Shown: positions 8,762 through 19,078 of the stretch, one piece after another
Layout: each line of letters begins with the position of its first letter
How positions within the stretch are numbered: the stretch's first letter is position 1
Origin: an uncultured virus (IMG/VR IMGVR_UViG_3300028591_000116)
Taxonomy: Duplodnaviria > Heunggongvirae > Uroviricota > Caudoviricetes
IMG/VR virus record: IMGVR_UViG_3300028591_000116
DNA: 63,502 nucleotides
Reading direction: 5' to 3' (one strand)
Made by a program: the position numbers and the translations under genes
The notes under the pieces: generated by a model
The model's input: only the letters and a program-made list of their open reading frames with translations
Told to the model about the DNA's origin: nothing
Database searches by the model: none

Positions 8762-11700
8762 GTGAATAAAATGCCTATTAGACTGAAACAGACCACTAAT
8801 ACTAGTGATCAATTTTACCCTTTAAATGAACGTGCTCTTTCTGATGGTAATAAGGTAGGTCTTAAAGATCCTAATTCTAAAGAAACCAGAAAGAAGCTCA
8901 CAACTTTTTCGAAAAACGTTCTTAAGTCTACTAAAAATTTGGCATTTGACGTTACTGATCAGTATGTTCCTAATTTAAAAGAAGTAAAAAACTCTTTTAA
9001 AGAAACAATAGCTGCTGCTAGAGAAGATACTAAAAAGGAATTTGGTCCTCTTCTTGACACAGCAAAAAAGATGTTCAGTGGTAATAAAGACCCTGGGGCT
9101 CTTAAAGAAAAGATATCTAAAGAAAAGAAAGAAATTTTAGATCGTTTGAAATCAGGTAAGTTTTACACATCAATGGAAGATGAAATTGAAGCTTCTTTTG
9201 GTGGAGATCTTGATTTTGGTGACGATTTTAATTTCTCTGGAACTTCCGATTCTTATGCTTTGGTATCTGAAAATGATTCTCTTTCTGAAGAACCTTTTGG
9301 TGGTGTTCGTAAAGGAAGAGTAAAATCAGTAAACGTATCTGCTAGAAATAGACAGCTTAAGAATAAAACGACTACTATGCGACCTAGTAAGAAGAAATCT
9401 TCTGGTGGAAGTAGTCAGTTACGTCTCGGTGATGAATTAGTCTCTAGTACTACAAGTAATGTAGGAAGTAGTATCATCAGGACACAAAATGAAATTTGGG
9501 CTAGATCTTATACTGCTGACAAACAGAACTTTGAGAAACTATATGGTTATCAAAATCAGATTCTTAAAGGTGTTAACAACATAGTTGAATTCAACAATAA
9601 CGTTATGTCACAAAACGTTACTGCCCAAATGGAATTCCAAGGAAAACTTCTTGCTGCACAACAAGACAGTCTTGCTTCTCTTAAAGAATTGAAAGACGCA
9701 ATGTTGGTAGTGAGTTCATATAAACAGGATCCTGAAAAAGAACACTTAGGATCAAAAATGGCATCTAATGCAGTCGGATTAGACGGCGTGGCATATTGGA
9801 AAAATATTAAAAAGAATATTACCGATTATGCTGCTAGTAATCCTTTACTTTCTGCTCTTATGATGACACCTATGATGGGTGATATGTTAAGCATGTCACA
9901 AGATACTGGGATGAAAATGGTAAATCCATTGAATATGGCCAGCAAAGGTTTGGTTAGCATGTTCTTGTCAAAGAACACTAAGAACCGCATGATGGACTTC
10001 AATGAATTGCTTAGTAATTTCGGTGGTATCTTTACTGGACGAATGAATATGCTCGGACGTTACGGTAAAGGTCCAATGAGTACTATAGGTAGACTCTTAG
10101 GAACACGAAACAATACTGTATCTGTTATTGATATGGGATTAAAAGATCCTAATGCTGTAGTCGGATGGACAAGTAAGAGTGATCGTACTCTTAACACAGT
10201 AATTCCTACATTGCTTGCTAAACAATTAGCTGTAATGAGTGGAAAAGACGAACTCCATTACGATTATAAAACTGGTAAGTTTAAAACCGTTAAAAGTACA
10301 CAAGAAGAAATCAAACTTCGTCGTGAAATGGCTTATCAAAACGCAGACACAGTTTCATTCAATACTGCTATAGCCACAACTGGTAAAGGTGCTCTATCTT
10401 CTCAGGAACAGAGTTCCGTTAGAGGAAAAGAGCAAGAATATATAAAGACAATTACAAAGAACCTTATTAAGACACATCAGATGTTTGATCCTGCTTTGGC
10501 AGAGTCAGACAATATGATAGGAGATCAATTTAGAGAATCTATCACTAATGGTATTCCTGATGAGCATAAAGCTATTGCGATTAAGATGTATACTTACTCT
10601 TATCAGCACATGACTAATGCCGAACGAATACGTCTTAATGGTTCTATTCGAAATGTAAGTCAAAACCTTCAGAAGAATCTAGACATCATTAACGAAGATT
10701 ACAAGAAGTATGGTGGAGAGAATGCTGCTGTTGAATCAGGTTACGAAGATCAACTTTCAGAAATGAAACGATCTATTGGTAACGGAGATTTGACTAAATC
10801 AGAAGATCTTACTTACCGACTTACACAAAAAGAAATAGATGACGCCAAGAAAGGTAGACCGTCTGCCCATTATCTTCAGGTTATGGCTCTCAAACAACAG
10901 AGAGACATGGAAATTAGAAAACTTGAAAAATCAGTCGGAATGAATTCTGGCGTAACAGCTGAAGTTAAAGGTTTTGGAACGCTCACTGGTGGTTTCAATA
11001 CTGGTACAAGTAGCGTTCCTGACGGCGTTAATAAAATATTTAGATTGCTGGCTTCTGGTATCCCTGTTTATAACATGGGTAACCATCTTCCTAAACATTT
11101 GCGTAATCTTCAAAGTCAAATAGGTCAACTCGATGCTAAAGCTGCTGCTATTAAAGTTAAAAATGAAAAAGACGATGCTAAATTCTTTGCATCACAAGAA
11201 GAAGCTAGAGCTCAATTGTATCTTGATCAAGTAAGATTTAAGCGCACTCAGAAAGCAATGCAGATGAATGCGATGTCTTATATCTTACCATCTGGAAATG
11301 CTACTTGGCAATCTAATAACGTCATTAATCGAGGTGCAAACGTTGCTATGGACGCCATGAATGGTGTATATAGCAAACTTATGGGTGGTGGAGAAGCTGG
11401 TGAAGGTATTATGGGTGCTCTCTCTTATAAAGAGTTAGACAGACAGAATACTATTAACGCTATCCAATCACTCAGCAAACTCAAAAGCAAACTGATCTCT
11501 CAGGCTAATGATCTTACTGATTCTAGAAATGGAAAGCTTAAGAGAGCGGCAGGTAAGGGCGAAGACTTAATTGCTAAACTTGTTGATAAAACTCTCGAAG
11601 CTAATATCAATAAGCTTAATGCTATTAACAAAGGTGAAGATCCTTCTAAGTTTGAGAAATCTATACATGAATTTGGTAAGAAACTTAGCGACGCTTACGA

Positions 11701-14700
11701 TAATTTCAGTAAAGAATACATCATGGAAGTATCCGCTAAAGGCGGTACTGAAGCCGCAAAAACAACTACGTTCAAAGATTTAGCAAACGATGCTAAAGCT
11801 ACTGTAAGCTTAGGTGTAGAGACTGCTATTTCTGAAGGTAAGAATCTTGTTTCTAACGTTAAGAACAGTTCTATTGGCAAACTTACTGGTGAACAAAAAG
11901 CTGCATTCGAGTTATTTGTTGAAGAAGCAACTAATCCAAATAGAACAAGACCTATTAAAGAAATAGCTAAAGAATGTATTGAATTAACTGACGGTAATGA
12001 ACTTATAAAAGCTAAAGTTGAAAGCGTTATGGCTTCTCCAATAGTTCAATCTATTGAAACAAATGCTAAGAAAGCAAAAGAAGCCGCAAAAATAAAAGCT
12101 AAAGCAGCTAAAGACAAAACAGAAGATATTATGGATAAAACTGAATCAGCTATCCTTGACGAGATGATCAATCTTGTTGGAGACGATGGTACTGGTAAAC
12201 CTAAAAATCCTGTTTTGAAAGTAGAAGAAACTTTTGGTGCTGAACTTAAGAAACATCCTGCTCTCAAAAAGAAATGGAAAGATTATACAAAAACTGTTAA
12301 GAAAGCTAAAAAGACAGCGATCAAAGACGGTTTAGATGTTTATCATCAAGGTGCTAACGTAGTTGATGCCTTTAAACAAAGAGATGTTAAAGGTGTATTC
12401 AAAGGTCTTAAAAAGACAGGTTCTAGTATAGGTAACCTGTTCGGACACGCTTTTGGTAATTTCAAAGAAGGTGTAATCGATACTTTACCTGCTAGAGGTC
12501 TCTCTCATATTGATATAACTCACGGATATAAATCTAACGCTGGTAAAATCGGAGCTGCTCTTGGTGGAACATTAGGATTACTTGGTGGTCCATTAGGTAT
12601 TGCTGCTGGAGCTGGCGTAGGTGCTCTTACTGGTAGAGTTATAGGAAAAAAATTTGATAAGAAATTCCCTATACTTCGTGGAGCTCTTCTCGAAAGAGGA
12701 TATATGGATGCTCCTACTATGAAACCTAAAGATTTGTATGCTATGATTATAGCTATGAAAGGCAAACTCGGCATACAACTCAGAGCACATCCCGAATTTA
12801 AAGATCTTGAAGCTGTAGCTTATAAACGATCAATTGGTCAATTTATAGGTGATCAAGCTAAGAAAGTAGGACGAGCTATTCAAAAGACTGCTCGTGCTGG
12901 TTCTATGTTAGTGCATGGAACTTTCCCATACAGAAATCTTGTTGGATTACTTGATCAGACTATAAATGGAAATAAATCTAAATGGGATTATAAAGAAGAC
13001 GTATATTCTTATGATAAATTCATGCTTTATGCAGCTATTAAATCTTTGAAACAGGGTACAAAAGATGAACAGAATATAAAGAATTCTCTCATGGGTACTA
13101 AAGAGTTCAGAAAACTTGAAAGACAAGTTGCTTCTGGAAAGAGCTGGATTCTTACTGAAATAGAAGACAAGATAGATTCTGCTAAAAAGAAGATTAACCG
13201 AATTCGTCATTGGAAGTATAGATACTTTATAGACTTCCTTAAAGCTAACGGACATCCTGAAGTAGAAAATGAAAAAGACCCTGCTTTGATTTATAGTATG
13301 CTCGATGCTTGGGGTAAATCTAAAAAGAATCAGAAAGTTTATAACGTTATTAAACAATCTAAAGCCTTCATTAATCTCGAAAAAGCTGTACTTGCTAAAG
13401 GTAAAGAAACTAAAGGAATTAACTTGAAGTCTTTACAAAAACATACATCAGGTTCAGCGGGAAAGAATCGACACAAGTATGCTACTCTTATTGGTATGCT
13501 TAAAGCAGCCAATATTCCAATAGACGAAAGTGATGTTAGTAGCATATTTAATGGAATGACGGCATATCTAGATAAACTGGATGCAAGAAATCCGGATGTT
13601 GCAAACGGTATACGTCGTTCTAAACAATATAAGAAACTTTGTGCTGATATGAATGTTGGTACAGGCGCGACTAGAAATAAACCTTTACATTTAGGTATAA
13701 TCGGACGTGCTAAAAACTTCTTAGGACACATGTTCGGTAAGAAGAAACAACCTCAACAATTCAGCGAAATAGACGATCGCGTAAACGTAGAAAAATACGC
13801 AAAAGAACTTAAATCTAACTGGTGGAAGAAATTCTTAGGTAAGAAAGATGCTGAGGATATTGGCGTAATTTCTAAGCGTAATGCTGATTACCTTTTCGAG
13901 TCGGATGCAAACGAAAAGAAAACTAAGAGTGTCACTAAACTTGGTGCTATAGCTGGCGGAGTATTTAAGTTCAACAAATCTAAAGCCAAAGTTGCTAAAC
14001 GCAAATCTGAACATGACGCACAAAAGATTTACAAGGAAACTCTTAAGAAGACTAAGAATCCTGTTCTCGCTAGTCTTGCTTCTATGAATGCCGTTCTCGT
14101 AGGTATTTCTCATCGTACAGATGAAATTACTGAAGGGGTAGAAGAAGGAAACAAAGGTAACGGTGGAGGAATAGGAGGATTCTTTAAGAACCTTGTGAGT
14201 ACACTTGGTAAAGGTGGTATTATTGCTGGTTTAGCTTCACTTGCTGGTGTGGCTATGTTAGGCGGTGGTGCGATCTCAAGAATCAAGAATGTGTTCGGTA
14301 AGAACGGAAAACTTAAAGATCAAAGTGTTGCTGCTAAAGCCGGTTATTTAACTGGTATTGACTCAGACAATGTAGACGAATCTAAATGGGGAAATCTCGA
14401 ACGCGGATTTAACGGAACTAAAATTGCCACCGCTACTGCATTAGGTGGTATGGGTAAGATGTTTGGTAATGTTAAGAATCTTAAAGTTGGTGTTAAGAAA
14501 GCATTTGCTAAAACCATGAAAGGTGCAACAACTGCTGCTGCAAAAGAAGGGCCAGCTGAAGTAATCGAGAAAGGTATTATGAGAGTAATCAAAGATCCTA
14601 AGATCATCAAAAAGATTGGTCCTGAGATCGCTAAGAAGATTATATCTTTGCCTAGAACAATTGCTGCTAGATTCAAGAACTTTGCTACACAAGGTATTAA

Positions 14701-16321
14701 ATCTGCTAAGAAATCATTTGGACAAGCATTCAAATCTGTGCCTGCTATCGGATGGGCATTCGCTATCGCTGAAGCTATAGCAGCTTTCGCTGGCGGTATG
14801 AATAATGCTCCTAGATACTTTAACGTGTCTCCATCAGATTGTACAGCTGGTATGCGTACTACATCTGCTGTTGCATCAATGATCAAATCTATAATTCAAT
14901 CTGTTCTTAGTATTACAGGTGTTGGTGTTGCTATCGCTATAGGAATTGATGTAATTATTCCTATGGATTGGCTAGTACAGACTTGTTACAAATTAGTTGC
15001 TAATAAAGCAGACGAAACTGAACTGAAATATAAACAGGAAGAAGAGAAAGAACGTGCTAAATCTCTTGGCGTCGATGCTGAGAAGTTAAGTGCTGCTGAA
15101 AATCATTCTCTCATATCTAAGACAGGATCTGCTATTAAAGCTGCATTCTCTAAGAAGACTTATGCTCAAATCGAAAAAGAAAAGACAGCTAAGAAACTTG
15201 GAATAACTGTAGCTGAATATGATAAAGCCAACGAGAACTATACTGCTGGAGTTAATGGAAGTTTCAAAGAGAAATATCCAGAATTCTCCAAGTTAACTTC
15301 TCCAACAGATGCTGCTAAAGCATTTGCTAATAGAGAAAAGGTAAAACTCCTCGAAGCTGAAGCTGAACAGATGTTCAGAAACAATGATAGCCAGTCTATC
15401 TATAAAGTATTTAAAGCAATCAACGACAAGAAACTTGGTAGACAAGATGTTAAGATGGAAAACCTCAATCAAGGATTTAAAGCTAAACTCATGAAGATGC
15501 TTAAAGATCCTGAGATTGAACCATTAAATCTCCAGATTAACGAAGCTAAACGTAATCCGTTTACTCAGTTTGCCTATTTCTCTAAGGGTCGTGCATCAGA
15601 TCAACTCGCAGATGAAGTACTTTCATTAGCAGGATTTGGCGGTCTTAAATTCTGGGGTGGAGATAACTCAATCAACACTAAGACTTTGGGATCTCGACAC
15701 CTTGCTGGTAATGCTGTAGATTTCAGATTAAGTAATTATTCAAAAGATCAAATTGCTAAGATTGGTGAAGTTGCAAACAAATATGGTATAGAATGGGGGG
15801 GTAAATGGGAAGGATTTAAAGACGTTCCTCACTTTGAAGATAAGTCTGCTCCTCAGTTACTTGCTACTGGTGGTATCGTAAGAAACACTAGAGCTCGTTC
15901 TATTACTCCTATTAACCATTTACTTGATACTGGTGATAAAGTTCATACAAGACTTAATCCAGGTGAAATGGTTCTCACTAAGTCACAGCAAACTGCTTTA
16001 TTCAATAAACTCAAGAAATATGAATATCAAGACACTGTTAAGGGTACTAGTGCACGTAATCCAGTAACATTGAACGAAAGTCCACTTGTTTCTAACGATA
16101 AAGATACATTAGTTATTCTTAATCAAGCTATTGAAATTCAGAATAAGATATATGAAGAACAAACTAGACACAATAAAGTGTCCGAGGAATTCTTTGGAGC
16201 AATGATGCAATTCATGTCAGCTTTCTTAAGTGGAAAAGCTAGAGAAGGATATACAGAAAATAAACCTGATATGACATCTTCTCTTAGAAATGGATCGTAC
16301 GATATTGCTTCAGGATACTAA
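8762..16321 (+). CDS. Tape measure-like protein with C-terminal M15 (Zn) peptidoglycan peptidase domain
   Basis: 2519 aa, Lys/Ala/Gly-rich, with hydrophobic Gly-rich stretches; C-terminal SRHLAGNAVDF...WGGKWEGFKDVPHFE motif. Confidence 0.75.
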   Translation: MNKMPIRLKQTTNTSDQFYPLNERALSDGNKVGLKDPNSKETRKKLTTFSKNVLKSTKNLAFDVTDQYVPNLKEVKNSFKETIAAAREDTKKEFGPLLDTAKKMFSGNKDPGALKEKISKEKKEILDRLKSGKFYTSMEDEIEASFGGDLDFGDDFNFSGTSDSYALVSENDSLSEEPFGGVRKGRVKSVNVSARNRQLKNKTTTMRPSKKKSSGGSSQLRLGDELVSSTTSNVGSSIIRTQNEIWARSYTADKQNFEKLYGYQNQILKGVNNIVEFNNNVMSQNVTAQMEFQGKLLAAQQDSLASLKELKDAMLVVSSYKQDPEKEHLGSKMASNAVGLDGVAYWKNIKKNITDYAASNPLLSALMMTPMMGDMLSMSQDTGMKMVNPLNMASKGLVSMFLSKNTKNRMMDFNELLSNFGGIFTGRMNMLGRYGKGPMSTIGRLLGTRNNTVSVIDMGLKDPNAVVGWTSKSDRTLNTVIPTLLAKQLAVMSGKDELHYDYKTGKFKTVKSTQEEIKLRREMAYQNADTVSFNTAIATTGKGALSSQEQSSVRGKEQEYIKTITKNLIKTHQMFDPALAESDNMIGDQFRESITNGIPDEHKAIAIKMYTYSYQHMTNAERIRLNGSIRNVSQNLQKNLDIINEDYKKYGGENAAVESGYEDQLSEMKRSIGNGDLTKSEDLTYRLTQKEIDDAKKGRPSAHYLQVMALKQQRDMEIRKLEKSVGMNSGVTAEVKGFGTLTGGFNTGTSSVPDGVNKIFRLLASGIPVYNMGNHLPKHLRNLQSQIGQLDAKAAAIKVKNEKDDAKFFASQEEARAQLYLDQVRFKRTQKAMQMNAMSYILPSGNATWQSNNVINRGANVAMDAMNGVYSKLMGGGEAGEGIMGALSYKELDRQNTINAIQSLSKLKSKLISQANDLTDSRNGKLKRAAGKGEDLIAKLVDKTLEANINKLNAINKGEDPSKFEKSIHEFGKKLSDAYDNFSKEYIMEVSAKGGTEAAKTTTFKDLANDAKATVSLGVETAISEGKNLVSNVKNSSIGKLTGEQKAAFELFVEEATNPNRTRPIKEIAKECIELTDGNELIKAKVESVMASPIVQSIETNAKKAKEAAKIKAKAAKDKTEDIMDKTESAILDEMINLVGDDGTGKPKNPVLKVEETFGAELKKHPALKKKWKDYTKTVKKAKKTAIKDGLDVYHQGANVVDAFKQRDVKGVFKGLKKTGSSIGNLFGHAFGNFKEGVIDTLPARGLSHIDITHGYKSNAGKIGAALGGTLGLLGGPLGIAAGAGVGALTGRVIGKKFDKKFPILRGALLERGYMDAPTMKPKDLYAMIIAMKGKLGIQLRAHPEFKDLEAVAYKRSIGQFIGDQAKKVGRAIQKTARAGSMLVHGTFPYRNLVGLLDQTINGNKSKWDYKEDVYSYDKFMLYAAIKSLKQGTKDEQNIKNSLMGTKEFRKLERQVASGKSWILTEIEDKIDSAKKKINRIRHWKYRYFIDFLKANGHPEVENEKDPALIYSMLDAWGKSKKNQKVYNVIKQSKAFINLEKAVLAKGKETKGINLKSLQKHTSGSAGKNRHKYATLIGMLKAANIPIDESDVSSIFNGMTAYLDKLDARNPDVANGIRRSKQYKKLCADMNVGTGATRNKPLHLGIIGRAKNFLGHMFGKKKQPQQFSEIDDRVNVEKYAKELKSNWWKKFLGKKDAEDIGVISKRNADYLFESDANEKKTKSVTKLGAIAGGVFKFNKSKAKVAKRKSEHDAQKIYKETLKKTKNPVLASLASMNAVLVGISHRTDEITEGVEEGNKGNGGGIGGFFKNLVSTLGKGGIIAGLASLAGVAMLGGGAISRIKNVFGKNGKLKDQSVAAKAGYLTGIDSDNVDESKWGNLERGFNGTKIATATALGGMGKMFGNVKNLKVGVKKAFAKTMKGATTAAAKEGPAEVIEKGIMRVIKDPKIIKKIGPEIAKKIISLPRTIAARFKNFATQGIKSAKKSFGQAFKSVPAIGWAFAIAEAIAAFAGGMNNAPRYFNVSPSDCTAGMRTTSAVASMIKSIIQSVLSITGVGVAIAIGIDVIIPMDWLVQTCYKLVANKADETELKYKQEEEKERAKSLGVDAEKLSAAENHSLISKTGSAIKAAFSKKTYAQIEKEKTAKKLGITVAEYDKANENYTAGVNGSFKEKYPEFSKLTSPTDAAKAFANREKVKLLEAEAEQMFRNNDSQSIYKVFKAINDKKLGRQDVKMENLNQGFKAKLMKMLKDPEIEPLNLQINEAKRNPFTQFAYFSKGRASDQLADEVLSLAGFGGLKFWGGDNSINTKTLGSRHLAGNAVDFRLSNYSKDQIAKIGEVANKYGIEWGGKWEGFKDVPHFEDKSAPQLLATGGIVRNTRARSITPINHLLDTGDKVHTRLNPGEMVLTKSQQTALFNKLKKYEYQDTVKGTSARNPVTLNESPLVSNDKDTLVILNQAIEIQNKIYEEQTRHNKVSEEFFGAMMQFMSAFLSGKAREGYTENKPDMTSSLRNGSYDIASGY

Positions 16322-16340
16322 AATATAAAGAGGAATTATA

Positions 16341-18710
16341 ATGGCTGAACAGATGTTCTACTCAGCTACTCCTATGGATGGTAGAACTGCTGAAGAACGA
16401 GCAGAATCTGCCGCTACGGTGTTAGCTGCATTAAATTATTTTCATCCAGCTGATGGTTCTTCTGATACTAACAGGGTCCCTCCTGTTGATACCAACAAGA
16501 AGGATCCTGATTTTTTAGTCAACGAAGAAAAATCGGTAAATGCAGTAGATGCTATTGAAAACTCAATGCATCAAGAAAACGCTGCTTATATTACTGACCT
16601 CGGTTACACTTTAGATCTTAATAAAAAATTAACTCTACGTGATCTAGGTCAGCATATGACGGATCGTATGCTAGAAGCTATGTCTCAAGAAAAAATAAAT
16701 CAAGACTTCAGCAACTTTGCGTTAGGAAGTCCAATGTCTATGCATAGCTCTGTAAACGAAAATCCTGTCATAAACATTTTTAAAAGTTTGTTTAGTAATC
16801 AAGGTTCAGATGGTGCTAAACCTGACTTTGTTTCTTATGATGATACTTCAGACAATTCTACTGCTGCTGACGAATTGCAAGAGATGATGCGTTCTCGCTA
16901 TGGTGATTACGTATCAGATCTTAAAAATTATAGAGAGTACGTTAAAAACTGTAAAGGTCTTGCTATGGGAGAAGCAAATGTTGTAAATCCTCCGTTCATG
17001 TTTAATGAATTAGATGATGTAAGAAGTGATTTCCGACGTCCTTTCTTAGGAAGAACTTTCTCAGAAGAGATTTACGATTACAATATGCCTATTGTTTATT
17101 TTCAGCCAGGTATCGTAAATATTGATACTGCTGGTATTAAATTCATGTCAGGATTGATAAACAAAAAGACAGAAGCATATCAGAATTATCTTCGTGGTGA
17201 TGGCGGAGCGTTAAAATGGGCGGCATCTAAAGTTGGTGCAGGCGTTAACGCAATGTTGTCTCTTGGCGGTAAATCTATTCTCGATAAAGCACAGTGGTTC
17301 AAATGGACTCCTACTATTTCTAAATACCTCCATTTCGTAAACGATCTTATTCTTGAACTTGCTACTTGGATGGGATTAATTGGTGGTAATTATGACGGAG
17401 ACATAAACAGTAAAGACAAAATCTTTAACCAAGCTTTCAAAGAAGCTATGGACAAAATGATATCTGAAGATAGTAAATCTGATGGTTATGATTCCATGGA
17501 TAAAGCATTTGACGATAACACTGCTAACAACGTCTTGGCAGACGATAAATATGAAGAAACCACAACCGATAATATAGATATAAGTACTGTGGAAAGTAAA
17601 TCAGGATATATGGGTGGAGATGGTACATCAAAGAGTGTATTGTCAGTACACCGATGTTTACCGTTATTCAAAAAACCTGAAACGGGAAGCTCTAGCGGTT
17701 TTTCTGATTCCGATGAAGAATCTTCAGTATCTTTAACTAGATTAGTTGAAGTTGCTATTCCGTTTGCTATGGATAAAGGTGCACAGTCGTCTGAAACGTT
17801 CTCTAACTCTACACAACAACATCCGTTAGTAGAGCAATACAACCAAATGTATGAAGAGTCAAATGCTAATACTATGAAAGGCATTGGCGTTAATGGCGCT
17901 CAAGATGTCCTTGCTAATGGTCTCGACACAATGAACAATGTGTTAGGTTTTGGTCTTCAGAAAGGTAAAGATTTTGCCAATAACCAATTTGCTAAATTAG
18001 GATTGTCTTCAGAAGCCGGAATGGTTGCTGGCGGTTTAGGAAGATTCATGCTTCCTGAAATTTGGTCTGATTCCACATTCGATAAGTCTTACAGTATCTC
18101 AATAAAATTGCGATCTCCATATGGTCACAGACTTTCTATTTTTGAAAACGAATTTGTTCCTTTAGCTTTTTTAATTGGTATGACTGCTGCAAGAAAAATA
18201 GGTTTACAGTCATACACGAACCCATTTTATGTAAAAATGTTCGCTAAGGGTTTATTTTCTGTACCTATGGGAATGATTACTTCATTGAGTATTTCTCGTG
18301 GAGAAGATTCAAATGACCGAACCGTTGAAGGATTCTTTAGAACAACTAATGTGAATATATCTGTAAAGGATATGCTTCCAACTATGTGTGTAGGCGTTGG
18401 TGGTGGAGAAATGTCTATCATGAATGCCTCAAACTTGGGTATGAATAACTACATCTTTACTCTATGCGGTATTGACTTTGTTGAACGTGCTAATTATTTG
18501 ACTATGCTTAAAAACAAGTTTAATAAATTGTCTAATTTTGTTATGAGTCATGACCCTACAGGTTTAATAGGTGATGGTGCAACTGGTAGATCAAACCTCT
18601 TGTTCCAGATATCAAACTCATTTGTTGGTAGAAATATTAGCCGTGCTATAAAAGCTGTTGGTAAGTCTGAAAACCCTTATCATAAGAGTTCACCTAACAA
18701 ATTTTATTAA
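16341..18710 (+). CDS. Virion structural protein (baseplate/tail-associated, putative)
   Basis: GAGG RBS; follows tape measure; PEIWSDS...IKLRSPYG segment recalls jumbo-phage tail proteins (recognised by eye). Confidence 0.5.
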   Translation: MAEQMFYSATPMDGRTAEERAESAATVLAALNYFHPADGSSDTNRVPPVDTNKKDPDFLVNEEKSVNAVDAIENSMHQENAAYITDLGYTLDLNKKLTLRDLGQHMTDRMLEAMSQEKINQDFSNFALGSPMSMHSSVNENPVINIFKSLFSNQGSDGAKPDFVSYDDTSDNSTAADELQEMMRSRYGDYVSDLKNYREYVKNCKGLAMGEANVVNPPFMFNELDDVRSDFRRPFLGRTFSEEIYDYNMPIVYFQPGIVNIDTAGIKFMSGLINKKTEAYQNYLRGDGGALKWAASKVGAGVNAMLSLGGKSILDKAQWFKWTPTISKYLHFVNDLILELATWMGLIGGNYDGDINSKDKIFNQAFKEAMDKMISEDSKSDGYDSMDKAFDDNTANNVLADDKYEETTTDNIDISTVESKSGYMGGDGTSKSVLSVHRCLPLFKKPETGSSSGFSDSDEESSVSLTRLVEVAIPFAMDKGAQSSETFSNSTQQHPLVEQYNQMYEESNANTMKGIGVNGAQDVLANGLDTMNNVLGFGLQKGKDFANNQFAKLGLSSEAGMVAGGLGRFMLPEIWSDSTFDKSYSISIKLRSPYGHRLSIFENEFVPLAFLIGMTAARKIGLQSYTNPFYVKMFAKGLFSVPMGMITSLSISRGEDSNDRTVEGFFRTTNVNISVKDMLPTMCVGVGGGEMSIMNASNLGMNNYIFTLCGIDFVERANYLTMLKNKFNKLSNFVMSHDPTGLIGDGATGRSNLLFQISNSFVGRNISRAIKAVGKSENPYHKSSPNKFY

Positions 18711-18717
18711 AAATAGA

Positions 18718-18740
18718 GAGGAGGGCGTAATGCCCTCCTC
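18718..18740. terminator. Terminator hairpin after the tape measure operon
   Basis: GAGGAGGGC-gtaat-GCCCTCCTC followed by ATTTTT. Confidence 0.75.
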
Positions 18741-18744
18741 ATTT

Positions 18745-19067
18745 TTGATTTCGTCCAATCCTAGTGACACTAGGCAGACAAAATAGACATATGTTCAATA
18801 TTCGATTATAGTAAGAGTACCGTTATCAGGAGTATTTAATGAAAAAAACGTACACAAAAAAAGTTAATGAAAGAAAAATGAAAAAAGTACTACAACACAC
18901 AAAAAAGGAAGTGCCGCACAAATATGCGAAGGAGTCCTTCTGGCAAAAACATCCATTGCAGATTCAAAGTGCTATCGATTAATCGATAACGACTCAATTC
19001 ACGATCTCATTAAACTTCATAATCGAATATCTAGTAGATATCCAGCTACTGTCTCACGTTGAGCACA
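18745..19067. ncRNA. Candidate structured non-coding RNA or origin-like element
   Basis: Several hairpins; 12-bp long-range inverted repeat (18798-18809 / 19019-19030); A-tracts; minus-strand AACA-N6-TG at 19079-19068. A 47-aa ORF with RBS (18839-18982, +) is an alternative. Confidence 0.3.
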
Positions 19068-19078
19068 CATTAAGATGT

